From Candidatus Hydrogenedentota bacterium (lineage in GTDB: Bacteria > Hydrogenedentota > Hydrogenedentia > Hydrogenedentales > CAITNO01), in contig JAAYBJ010000013.1 in assembly GCA_012730105.1 (NCBI GenBank), positions 7,288 to 71,287 of the forward strand: 64,000 nt of DNA, written 5' to 3'. The translations under genes and the position numbers were made by a program. The notes under the pieces are model-generated. The model saw only the letters and a list, made by a program, of their open reading frames with translations, searched no databases and had not been told where the DNA came from. Below, in pieces: positions 1 to 8,124 of the stretch (its first letter is position 1; every line of letters starts with the position of its first letter).

Positions 1-1
1 G

Positions 2-703
2 GATTCGGACCGTCTTCGAAAAGGTTTCCTGGCGAAACATGAATTTCCAAAGATCCAGGCGGCTGCCGCCAAATTGATGGACGCGAAAATATTCATCGAT
101 GAATCCGCGGGCCTGACCCCCCTCGAACTGCGTTCCAAATCGCGGCGCCATGCCTCCCAGCATCCCCTGGATCTCATTATCATCGACTATATGCAATTGA
201 TGCATGTTTCCGGGCGCACCGAAAACCGGCAAAACGAAATATCCTTCATCTCCCGGTCCATTAAAGGCCTGGCCCGCGAGCTGTCCGTGCCCATCGTGAC
301 ATTGTCGCAGTTGAGCCGCGAGGCGGAAAAGGACGACCGGGGCCTGCCGAAGCTTGCGCACCTTCGCGAGTCCGGCGCCATCGAACAGGACGCGGACGTG
401 GTAATTATACTGGCCCGCCCCCCCTCGACGGACCGGGAAGAGCGGGACAATGTCATCATCGTCAATATCGCCAAGCAGCGTAACGGTCCCACGGGGCGTT
501 TTGAACTGCTTTTCAAAAGCAACATACAACGTTTTGAAAACCTGGCGCCTTCCAGCATGAACAGCCAGATGCCCCAGGCGGGGTCCTTCAGCGCTCCCCC
601 ACCGCTTGACGAGTATGAACCCGTATTACCCGGGCCATATTCCGAGGAGGATGAGGGCGGCGATGACGGGCAGTATGGGCAGGAGGAGGAAATTCCTTTT
701 TGA
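2..703 (+). CDS. dnaB: Replicative DNA helicase DnaB, C-terminal portion (5' end outside window) with an atypical acidic C-terminal extension
   Basis: The frame is open from the window edge. RecA-like helicase motifs IIIDYMQLM, SRSIKGLARELSVPIVTLSQLSR and LRESGAIEQDADVV are present. Track ORF 74..703 is the internal-Met part. Confidence 0.9.
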   Translation, partial: DSDRLRKGFLAKHEFPKIQAAAAKLMDAKIFIDESAGLTPLELRSKSRRHASQHPLDLIIIDYMQLMHVSGRTENRQNEISFISRSIKGLARELSVPIVTLSQLSREAEKDDRGLPKLAHLRESGAIEQDADVVIILARPPSTDREERDNVIIVNIAKQRNGPTGRFELLFKSNIQRFENLAPSSMNSQMPQAGSFSAPPPLDEYEPVLPGPYSEEDEGGDDGQYGQEEEIPF

Positions 704-841
704 CGGGCACCACCGGTTCCGGCGGAAATATCCTTTGCACGCCCGGCTTGAATGCAAAAACGTTGTTATTTGATGTTCATCTTAGGTGGACGTTGCCCAC
801 AACTCAGAATGAAGGCAAGACTTCAGATTGTATCCCGGTGA

Positions 842-886
842 TATGGGACGTATGGGACGTATGGGACCTATGTGACCTATGGGACT
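842..886. repeat. Tandem array, 5 x 9 bp (TATGGGACN)
   Basis: Read directly: tatgggacg tatgggacg tatgggacc tatgtgacc tatgggact, head to tail, in the dnaB-dapA spacer. Confidence 0.9.
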
Positions 887-1048
887 TTAAAATCCCGCAA
901 TCCTGTCCTACGCGGCCTGCCGGTCCTACAGGTTTTACGAGATAATGCACAGAACATAAAAATCTTCTTATTTTTTATCGGCCTTACGGACTGATAATCT
1001 ACTAACGTTGGTCTTGCCCACAATCCAGAAAGAAAATATTCAGCGTAT

Positions 1049-1119
1049 GTTGTTCACACTTTAGTGTGCGTGTTAACACAAGAACCTTGAACAACCTAGC
1101 ACGCTAAAGCGTGAACAAC
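1049..1119. repeat. Inverted pair of 21-nt elements, each containing its own 5-bp mini-hairpin
   Basis: Position 1049-1069 is gttgttcacActttagTgtgc. The reverse complement of 1099-1119 is gttgttcacGctttagCgtgc. They match at 19/21, and the two differences are the two partners of one stem base pair. Confidence 0.7.
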
Positions 1120-1217
1120 GTACCTAACTTCTTGTTTTTGGTGATAGAACATTTTTCACAAGGTACTAATAGAGGCGCCCCAACGGCGCAACAACCCAAA
1201 CTTCGGAGAGTATGGTA

Positions 1218-2090
1218 ATGTTTAAAGGCTCCTATGTGGCGCTGGTTACACCGTTCAAGGACAACCTGGAAATCGACTTTGAGGCCTACGGACGGCTGAT
1301 TGATTATCAGATTGAACAGGGAACGAACGGCCTGGTTCCGTGCGGCTGCACGGGCGAAGCGGCCACCTTGTCCCACACCGAACAGAAAGAGTGCATTCGA
1401 TTCGTCCTCGAACGCACGGCGGGCCGGGTGCCTGTCGTCGCAGGGACGGGCTCTAACAACACGGCGGAGGCGCTGGCCCTGACTCAATACGCCGCGGAGA
1501 TGAAATGCGACGGCGCCCTTTTGATTACCCCCTATTACAACAAGCCGACCGCGGCCGGTCAGGTGGCGCACTACACGGCCATCGCCAAGGGCGCGGATAT
1601 TCCCATCATGCTGTACAACGTGCCGGGCCGCACCGGCGTCAAGATGGAACCGCAAACCATCGCCGCCCTGTCGAAACTGCCCGGCGTCGTGTCCGTGAAG
1701 GAGGCCTGCGGCAGCGTGGACCAGGTCACCCAGATTCTCAGCCTGTGCGACATCTCGGTGCTTTCCGGCGATGACAGCCTCACGCTGCCCATGATGGCCG
1801 TGGGCGCCGACGGCGTGGTGTCCGTGGCGGCGAACGTCGCCCCGGCTCCTGTGGCCGCCTTGTGCGCCGCCGCGGCCGCGGGCGATTACGCGGCAGCGCG
1901 AAAAGAACATTACAATCTGGCGCGGCTTTTCAAAGCCATGTTCCTGGAGACCAATCCCATGCCCGTAAAGGCGGCCCTCGCCCGCATGGGCATCATCAAG
2001 AACAACCTGCGCCTGCCGCTAGTACCGCTCGGCGAACACCATTACGCGGAACTGGATGCCGTCCTGAGAGCGCTTTCCCTTATCGGGTAA
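1218..2090 (+). CDS. dapA: 4-hydroxy-tetrahydrodipicolinate synthase
   Basis: Motifs are ALVTPF, GCTGEAATLS, LYNVPGRTG (DHDPS-type Arg) and the Schiff-base Lys in VSVKEACG. GGAGAG at 1205-1210 fits the ATG at 1218 better than the one at 1212. Confidence 0.9.
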   Translation: MFKGSYVALVTPFKDNLEIDFEAYGRLIDYQIEQGTNGLVPCGCTGEAATLSHTEQKECIRFVLERTAGRVPVVAGTGSNNTAEALALTQYAAEMKCDGALLITPYYNKPTAAGQVAHYTAIAKGADIPIMLYNVPGRTGVKMEPQTIAALSKLPGVVSVKEACGSVDQVTQILSLCDISVLSGDDSLTLPMMAVGADGVVSVAANVAPAPVAALCAAAAAGDYAAARKEHYNLARLFKAMFLETNPMPVKAALARMGIIKNNLRLPLVPLGEHHYAELDAVLRALSLIG

Positions 2091-2229
2091 GGTTCGGCGG
2101 TATCGGCTGTTGGCGTTCGATTTCCACATCCCGGATTAATTGTGTTAAACTTTTCCATGTTTGTTCGATATCCACTCCACACTATTACACCCCCGCGTAG
2201 TGTGTCACAACCGATAAAGGCCCTGTTTC

Positions 2230-4767
2230 ATGACAAAGAAATTAATGGTTATTCCTGAACAAGTCAGGAAGAGCGCCACCATCAACCTTGGCAAAATCCC
2301 GGTCAACAGTTACAAGAAAAGCATCCGTGAGGAATTGGACGACAAGAAAGGCCTCAGTGCCGAACGGCTGCTGCGCATTTACCGCGACATGGCGCTCATT
2401 CGCGAATTTGAGACCATGCTCGACAACATTAAGAAGCTGGGCGCGTATAATTCCATCGCCTATACCCACGCAGGCCCGGCCCATCTTTCCATAGGGCAGG
2501 AAGGCGCCGCCGTCGGGCAGTGCGTCCACCTCCAGGTGCATGACCACATGTTCGGCAGCCACCGCAGCCACGGCGAAATCATCGCCAAAGGGCTGCGCGC
2601 GGTCGAGGATCTCAGCGGCAAAGGCCTGGCAGGCGTTATGGAGAATTACTTTGACGGGGCGACGCTCCGCGTGGTTCAAAAGAACGAACCCGACTGGAGC
2701 GGCCTTGCCCTAACCCTGAAAGGCAAGAAAAAGCCCGCCCTGAGCACCGGCGAAGAAGAGGAACTCGGCATTGATTTCCTGCTTTACGGTTTGCTCGCGG
2801 AAATTTTCAGCCGCATCACCGGTTTCAGCAAAGGCATGGGCGGTTCCATGCACGCTTTCTTTCCGCCGTTCGGCGTCTACCCGGCCAACGCCATCGTGGG
2901 CGGCAGCGCGGACATATCGGTGGGTTCGGCACTGTACAAAAAAATCGCCGAACAGCCCGGCATCACCATTGCCAATATCGGCGACGCGTCCATCGGCTGC
3001 GGCCCGGTCTGGGAAGCGCTCGGATTTTCCTCCATGGCCCAGTTTAAAACGCTCTGGCCGGAATTCATCCGGGGCGGCCTGCCAATGTTGTTCAATTTCA
3101 TGGACAATTTCTACGGCATGGGCGGCCAGCCCATTGGCGAGACCATGGGCTTTGAACGCCTGGCCCGCATCGGGGCGGCGGTAAACCCGGAAAACATGCA
3201 CGCCGAGGTGGTGGACGGAAACAATCCACTGGCCCTGGCGGACGCCTACAAACGCAAACTGGAGCTCATCAAGGCGAAACAGGGGCCGGTGCTTCTGGAT
3301 GTTCTGTGTTACCGCCAGGCCGGCCACTCCCCCAGCGACCAGTCCGCATACCGCGAACGGGAAGAAATCGAGCTGTGGCGTTCCGTTGACCCGCTTACCG
3401 AATACGGCAAGAAACTGCTTTCCTCCGGTCTGGTCAGCCAGGACCAGCTGGACCTGATCCACGCCTACGCCTGCCGCAAGGTCACCAAGGCCTGCCGTCT
3501 TGCCGTAAGCCTGGACATCTCGCCCCGGATGTACCTGTCCCCCACGCAGGGCGTATGCGAGCACATGTTCAACAATGAGATCGAGGAGACCCTCCCCGGC
3601 CTGCGACGCAAGGAAGATGTCAACATGCCGCTGGAAGAGAATCCACGGGTGCAGGCCATCGCCAAGAAATCCCGTTCGGGCATCGCCGAGGACGGTTCCG
3701 TGCTCAAGGGCACCAAGGCGGTAACCTTCGGCGAGGCGCTGTTCGAAACCGTTATTCATCATTTTTACAACGACCACCGGCTGGTCGCCTATGGCGAGGA
3801 AAACCGCGATTGGGGCGGGGCGTTTGCCGTTTACCAGGGCCTGACCGAGGCCCTCCCCTACTACCGGCTCTTCAACTCGCCCATATCCGAGGCGGCCATC
3901 GTGGGCACCGCGGTGGGTTGCGCCATGGAAGGTGGACGGCCCCTGGTGGAACTGATGTACTGTGATTTCATGGGCCGCGCCGGCGATGAAGTTTTTAACC
4001 AGATGCCCAAGTGGCAGGCCATGTCCGCGGGCCTGCTGAAACTGCCCATCGTGTTGCGTGTTTCCGTGGGCGCCAAATACGGCGCGCAGCATTCCCAAGA
4101 CTGGACCGCCCTGTGCGCCCATGTCCCGGGACTCAAGGTGGTGTTCCCCGCCACGCCTTACAGCGCCAAGGGGCTGCTCGCCTCCGCGCTCAGCGGCAAC
4201 GACCCGGTGGTGTTCTTTGAAAGCCAGCGCTTGTACAACCAGGTGGAGATTTTCCAGCCCGGCGGCGTGCCCGCGGGGTACTATCGCCTGCCCTTGGGCG
4301 AGCCGGCCATCATCAAGGAGGGCGGCGATCTGACGATCCTCACCTTCGGGGCCACCCTATACCGTGCCATGGACGCCGCCAAGCGTTTTGAAGCGGAATT
4401 CGGCATTTCCACCGAGGTGATTGACGGCCAGACCTTGGTGCCCTTCAACTATGAACCCGTGGTCAACTCGCTTAAAAAGACCGGCAAGATTATCGTGGCC
4501 AGCGATGCCTGCGAGCGGGGCAGCTACATCCACACCATCGCGGGCCAGCTGAGCCAGATCGCCTTTGACGCCCTCGACGCGCCCGTGTGCGTGGTGGGTT
4601 CGCCGAACTGGATCGTGCCGCCCGCGGAAATGGAAGACGCCTACTTCCCGCAGGCCTTCAGCTTCCTGGACGCGTATCACCAGCAGATACGCCCCCTGCC
4701 GGGCTATACGCCGGTTGTGGAGCGTTCCGCCGATGCCTTTATCCGCCTGAACAAGGGCGGCATATAA
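2230..4767 (+). CDS. Thiamine-diphosphate-dependent 2-oxoacid dehydrogenase E1 component, fused alpha and beta subunits
   Basis: The 845-aa protein has an alpha-like half (GSHRSHGEIIAKG, GDASIGCGPVWEAL, NFMDNFYGMGG). The beta-like half has EENRDWGGAFAVYQGL, FNSPISEAAIVGTAVGCAMEG and a C-terminal transketolase-like domain. Confidence 0.85.
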   Translation: MTKKLMVIPEQVRKSATINLGKIPVNSYKKSIREELDDKKGLSAERLLRIYRDMALIREFETMLDNIKKLGAYNSIAYTHAGPAHLSIGQEGAAVGQCVHLQVHDHMFGSHRSHGEIIAKGLRAVEDLSGKGLAGVMENYFDGATLRVVQKNEPDWSGLALTLKGKKKPALSTGEEEELGIDFLLYGLLAEIFSRITGFSKGMGGSMHAFFPPFGVYPANAIVGGSADISVGSALYKKIAEQPGITIANIGDASIGCGPVWEALGFSSMAQFKTLWPEFIRGGLPMLFNFMDNFYGMGGQPIGETMGFERLARIGAAVNPENMHAEVVDGNNPLALADAYKRKLELIKAKQGPVLLDVLCYRQAGHSPSDQSAYREREEIELWRSVDPLTEYGKKLLSSGLVSQDQLDLIHAYACRKVTKACRLAVSLDISPRMYLSPTQGVCEHMFNNEIEETLPGLRRKEDVNMPLEENPRVQAIAKKSRSGIAEDGSVLKGTKAVTFGEALFETVIHHFYNDHRLVAYGEENRDWGGAFAVYQGLTEALPYYRLFNSPISEAAIVGTAVGCAMEGGRPLVELMYCDFMGRAGDEVFNQMPKWQAMSAGLLKLPIVLRVSVGAKYGAQHSQDWTALCAHVPGLKVVFPATPYSAKGLLASALSGNDPVVFFESQRLYNQVEIFQPGGVPAGYYRLPLGEPAIIKEGGDLTILTFGATLYRAMDAAKRFEAEFGISTEVIDGQTLVPFNYEPVVNSLKKTGKIIVASDACERGSYIHTIAGQLSQIAFDALDAPVCVVGSPNWIVPPAEMEDAYFPQAFSFLDAYHQQIRPLPGYTPVVERSADAFIRLNKGGI

Positions 4768-4776
4768 CTTTGCACA

Positions 4777-5154
4777 ATGAATCCTGAAAACACGGGCATG
4801 AAATTTATCAAGGCCGCCAAGGTGGAAGAGTTTGCTGGACGGACCTTGAAATCAATCCGCATACTCGGCAGGCCCGTCGCCATCATCAAGGAAGCGGACG
4901 GCTCTTTCCGTGCCATGGAGGCCGGCTGCAAACATCAGAACGCGGACATCACCAAGGGAACTATCGTCGGCGGTATCGTCACCTGTCCCTGGCACGGCTG
5001 GCAATATGACCTGAAAACGGGCGCATGTGTCTCCGGCGGCAGGGCCTCGCTCCGGGCCTACGCCTGCAAAGTGGAAGACGGGGACATCATGATCTCGCTT
5101 CATCCCCTGGAGACGCCCCCTGCGCCCGATTCCGAACGCGCCGACTTTAACTGA
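4777..5154 (+). CDS. Rieske [2Fe-2S] domain protein (NirD-like small ferredoxin)
   Basis: CKHQ ... CPWHGWQYD gives the CxH-(17)-CxxH Rieske ligand pattern. The protein is 125 aa and starts 9 nt after the E1 stop. Confidence 0.8.
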   Translation: MNPENTGMKFIKAAKVEEFAGRTLKSIRILGRPVAIIKEADGSFRAMEAGCKHQNADITKGTIVGGIVTCPWHGWQYDLKTGACVSGGRASLRAYACKVEDGDIMISLHPLETPPAPDSERADFN

Positions 5155-5182
5155 AGCGGCTCCGCAGGGACGCTGTTTTTGT

Positions 5183-6526
5183 TCAATTTACAAGAATGGA
5201 CGTGATGTAACCGCGCGCGTAGGTATTCAGGAGTGTCATTGTTTTCCCGATGGCGACGTTCAGGCTTTCCACGGCTTCCGGCCCGTGGTCCGAAACCACC
5301 AGTTCCACCACCTGGTCAAGGTCGGATTCCTCACCCAGTTCCACACCGGGATCGTTTACAAAACGATGGGGCATATATTCCGTCAGAATCGTGTTCATTT
5401 CCCCGGCCAGGGCGTTGGACTGCCGTGCCACCTCTTCGCGAGGCACAGCGTCATTGTAGGCGGCTACAGCATCCGCCTGTTGCAGGGCCCGCATCAGCGG
5501 ATGCGCGGCATCCCCGGAACGGGTCAACCGCACAAACTGAATCCCCTGGAAGCGCTCCAGCGCCATGTGCCGGTTGGAAACCAGCTGCAGCGCGTCATCC
5601 ACGTATTGCGGGTATCCAAGGATGGACAGCAGGTTGATAAACAGCATTTTGAAGGTGCTGTACCCCGGGAGGACCGTGGAATGGTAGGGCATGGACAAAT
5701 CCATGACATGATGCAACCCCCATCCCATGAACCGCCACCCCCAATAGTCCTGGCCATGGTCAAAGGCCGTCTCCGCCAGTGTTTTGTAAAGATGAATCCT
5801 GAACTCGGGATAGGTGGCCTTCAGGTAAGCGGCAAACAGGAAAACCAACGGGGACTCATGATAGAAACCCATGTGGAACGGCGCCTGGGAGCCGTACACC
5901 AGATCCGGATCGCCGAAAGGCTGTTCCCCGAATCCGTAGCGCGCGCCGAAGTCCGTTCCATTGTCCACGAACAAACCGATATCCAGGCCGTAGTCCGGTT
6001 CATGACTCGCCGTGCACAGCACCTCCAGCGGGCTAACCTTGTCGCCGGGCGCGATCGGGAGGAAGCGGAACTGTTTCAACTCGCTCGAACCGGGAACCAG
6101 GGTCACCGCCGCCGGATCCAAACCGGTGCGCGGCGCCTCCGGATCCTCCACCAGTTCACTCAAATAGAGGGCGGCCCTGCTATCCGGATTAATGCGGATC
6201 GCCTCAAAAAAACGTTTGCGAATATCGGAAGGATCACCCGTGGCCCTGAAGGCCAATGCATCCGGCAATGGGGCATAGGCCTCCATGGTGTTCCTCGCCC
6301 ATTGCTCCTCTTCGGCCAGTTTCGTCTCCAGTACCGGTTCCATCGCTGTCAGAAAATCCTCCAGCGCGACTACTTCTACCGGAGGCTGGCTGGATACCAG
6401 CGGCATGGACGAAAGGAGCGGTTTCGTGATCAGGGAATGATGCTCCCAGGCCAAAGTCGGCAACGCAGCCAGTACGATAGCAACAAGAATCGACGCAAAG
6501 AACTTTAGCGCAGGATGTTTCTTCAT
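5183..6526 (-). CDS. Secreted protein, possible zinc-dependent phospholipase C / P1-nuclease superfamily
   Basis: Signal/anchor MKKHPALKFFASILVAIVLAALPTLA is followed by mature WEHH, giving an N-terminal Trp as in Zn-PLC/P1 nuclease. An HHVMDLSMPYH motif is present. The function is tentative. Confidence 0.55.
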   Translation of the reverse strand: MKKHPALKFFASILVAIVLAALPTLAWEHHSLITKPLLSSMPLVSSQPPVEVVALEDFLTAMEPVLETKLAEEEQWARNTMEAYAPLPDALAFRATGDPSDIRKRFFEAIRINPDSRAALYLSELVEDPEAPRTGLDPAAVTLVPGSSELKQFRFLPIAPGDKVSPLEVLCTASHEPDYGLDIGLFVDNGTDFGARYGFGEQPFGDPDLVYGSQAPFHMGFYHESPLVFLFAAYLKATYPEFRIHLYKTLAETAFDHGQDYWGWRFMGWGLHHVMDLSMPYHSTVLPGYSTFKMLFINLLSILGYPQYVDDALQLVSNRHMALERFQGIQFVRLTRSGDAAHPLMRALQQADAVAAYNDAVPREEVARQSNALAGEMNTILTEYMPHRFVNDPGVELGEESDLDQVVELVVSDHGPEAVESLNVAIGKTMTLLNTYARGYITSILVN

Positions 6527-6804
6527 TTTTTCGCTTTCATTATGGGTTAACGTACGCGACAAGAAACGAAAGGAACCGCTACTCCTTTGAATCGTGTACT
6601 TATCCTGATAAAAAATGATTTTACTTGATCGCTGCCATTCATTTCTAACGCGTCACTACCCGTAAACCAAAATAAGGATTTGCACACTACTAACAAAACG
6701 CTTGCAGGTTCATTACAAATTCCGCTTTGAGAACGGTGTTTCCCGAGAAGTTCTACTTTGCAGACAGGTTTGAAGGCTCGCATGGCATTCGGATGATAAA
6801 AATG

Positions 6805-6853
6805 GAAATGGAATTTCAAGAGAGAAGGGGTTCCAAAATGGAATTTGGGAACC
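6805..6853 (+). repeat. Double-palindrome unit, copy D (GAAAT-GGA-ATTTC, then GGTTCCAAAAT-GGA-ATTTGGGAACC)
   Basis: The two palindromes are centred at 6811 and 6841, 30 nt apart. By hand count, 43/51 ungapped positions match 31069-31119. Confidence 0.75.
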
Positions 6854-7117
6854 AGAGAACAATACGCACAAAGTACAAACCATCAGGTGATTCAGCACTC
6901 TCACATGTGCCAACATATCGGTTTTCCGGATAATTTCCCCACACTTTTTCGGAGGCCTATATTCTGCTGTATTCCCAAAGCAGGTTCAGAATATTAATCC
7001 AGATAATTAACCCGATTACACTCCTTTTGCGCTAAAATGGTGTTTCATGACTTTCGATGCAGTCCAGATTACCTTTTTTTCTGTAACAACCAATCACCTA
7101 ACAGAGGAGACATCATC

Positions 7118-7810
7118 ATGAAAACGCTTTCCATCCTTTTCTGCCTGGCGTTGACGGCCTTCTGTGCTTATGCGTCGGAACCCGCCGCTGAGGGCCCGCT
7201 CACCCACCCGGACAGCACGAATTGGGAGTCCTTGTTCGCTCCTGACCTCTCCAACGCCATTAAACCCGAGGGCGTATGGACCGTTGAGAACGGGGAACTT
7301 ACCGCGAGCAAGGATGAGGCGATCTGGTCGGAAAAGGACTATGAAAACTTCATCCTCGATCTGGAGTTCAAGAACGCGGAAGAGACCAACAGCGGCGTGA
7401 TCGTGTATTGCAGCGACATCAAGGACTGGATCCCCAATGCTGTGGAAATTCAGATAGCGGATGACCACGCAAAGAAATGGGCCGAATCCCCGAAATCCTG
7501 GCAATGCGGCGCAATTTTCGGGCATCTGCCGGCCTCGAAAAGCATGGTGAAAAAGCCTGGAGAATGGAACCGGTTCACCATTCGGTGTGTCGGCAAACAC
7601 ATCGACGTGGCCCTTAACGGGGAACATGTCGTGTCCATGAACATGGACGACTACACCTCGGCCAAAACAAACCCTGACGGTTCGGAAATTCCGGCCTGGC
7701 TGAGTAAGCCCAAGAATAGCCTGCCCACCAAAGGCAAGGTAGGCTTCCAGGGCAAACACGCCGGAGCGCCCATCTGGTTCCGCAACATAAAGATCAAGGA
7801 GTTAAAGTAA
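7118..7810 (+). CDS. DUF1080 (3-keto-disaccharide hydrolase-like) secreted protein
   Basis: GAGGAGA RBS at 7104-7110. Signal peptide MKTLSILFCLALTAFCAYA. Family-typical WTVENGELTA, FILDLEFK, NSGV and GKVGFQGKHAGAPIWFRNIKIKE. Confidence 0.8.
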   Translation: MKTLSILFCLALTAFCAYASEPAAEGPLTHPDSTNWESLFAPDLSNAIKPEGVWTVENGELTASKDEAIWSEKDYENFILDLEFKNAEETNSGVIVYCSDIKDWIPNAVEIQIADDHAKKWAESPKSWQCGAIFGHLPASKSMVKKPGEWNRFTIRCVGKHIDVALNGEHVVSMNMDDYTSAKTNPDGSEIPAWLSKPKNSLPTKGKVGFQGKHAGAPIWFRNIKIKELK

Positions 7811-8059
7811 CCGATAGGCCGCCACAGTCTTGAAGGCGGGTTTCGCTCTGCCTTATGTATGCCCTAAATTCTCACAATTCTTTTCAGTTTTGTAGAGCGA
7901 TGCGAGACATACCCTATGGTTCCGCTCTACCCGACCTGCGATAGACAGTTACATAAAATCATCCCCACAGCACTCTTTTCAAGGTATAATTGCATTTGGA
8001 AAGTGTCGGGAAGTGCCTGTCTCGTTTGAGCGTATGCCCCGTTCTTTGGACGCATGGAT

Positions 8060-8124
8060 CCCCGAAACCAGTATGGTCCGCAGGATTCGCTTGGGTGTCG
8101 GGGTATGGGTTTGTTTTTTGTTTC
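8060..8124 (+). terminator. Terminator-like hairpin plus T-tract inside the aqpZ upstream region
   Basis: CCCCGAAACC (8060-8069) pairs with GGTGTCGGGG (8094-8103) with one mismatch. It is followed by tatgggTTTGTTTTTTGTTT and ends about 30 nt before the aqpZ ATG. Confidence 0.35.

Noticed and set aside
700-945. 81-aa ORF spanning the 9-bp array (..VIWDVWDVWDLCDLWDF..)
   Set aside because: It merely translates the tandem repeat, has no RBS and overlaps the dnaB stop.
1051-1118. LexA/SOS box (TGTTC ... GAACA half-sites, as reported for Verrucomicrobia)
   Set aside because: The half-sites are ~35-60 nt apart rather than separated by the short fixed spacer of a LexA operator. They belong to the inverted mini-hairpin elements.
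950-1217. Lysine riboswitch (L-box) upstream of dapA, prompted by AGAGGCGC at 1171
   Set aside because: That motif sits only ~40 nt from the start codon. The multi-helix L-box core (~180 nt with conserved junction sequences) cannot be traced.
1104-1910. 268-aa ORF antisense to dapA
   Set aside because: It is R/G/H/A-rich with low complexity and no motif. The opposite frame has unmistakable DapA motifs. This is a typical shadow ORF of GC-rich coding DNA.
2710-4122. 470-aa ORF antisense to the E1 fusion gene
   Set aside because: It has the same shadow-ORF composition (G/A/H/R/V-rich) and lies entirely inside a gene with clear homology.
5285-6508. 407-aa ORF antisense to the PLC-like gene
   Set aside because: It is R/Q/G/H-rich with no signal or motif. 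The minus-strand frame has a signal peptide and a coherent domain.
6797-6860. CsrA/RsmA-titrating small RNA, because GGA sits at the centre of the hairpins
   Set aside because: In the related cluster at 30973-31190, the central triplets are GGT, TCC, GGT, GGA and CCA on one strand. No single transcript would present GGA loops consistently, and 3-nt loops are poor CsrA sites. The idea is kept only as a remote possibility.
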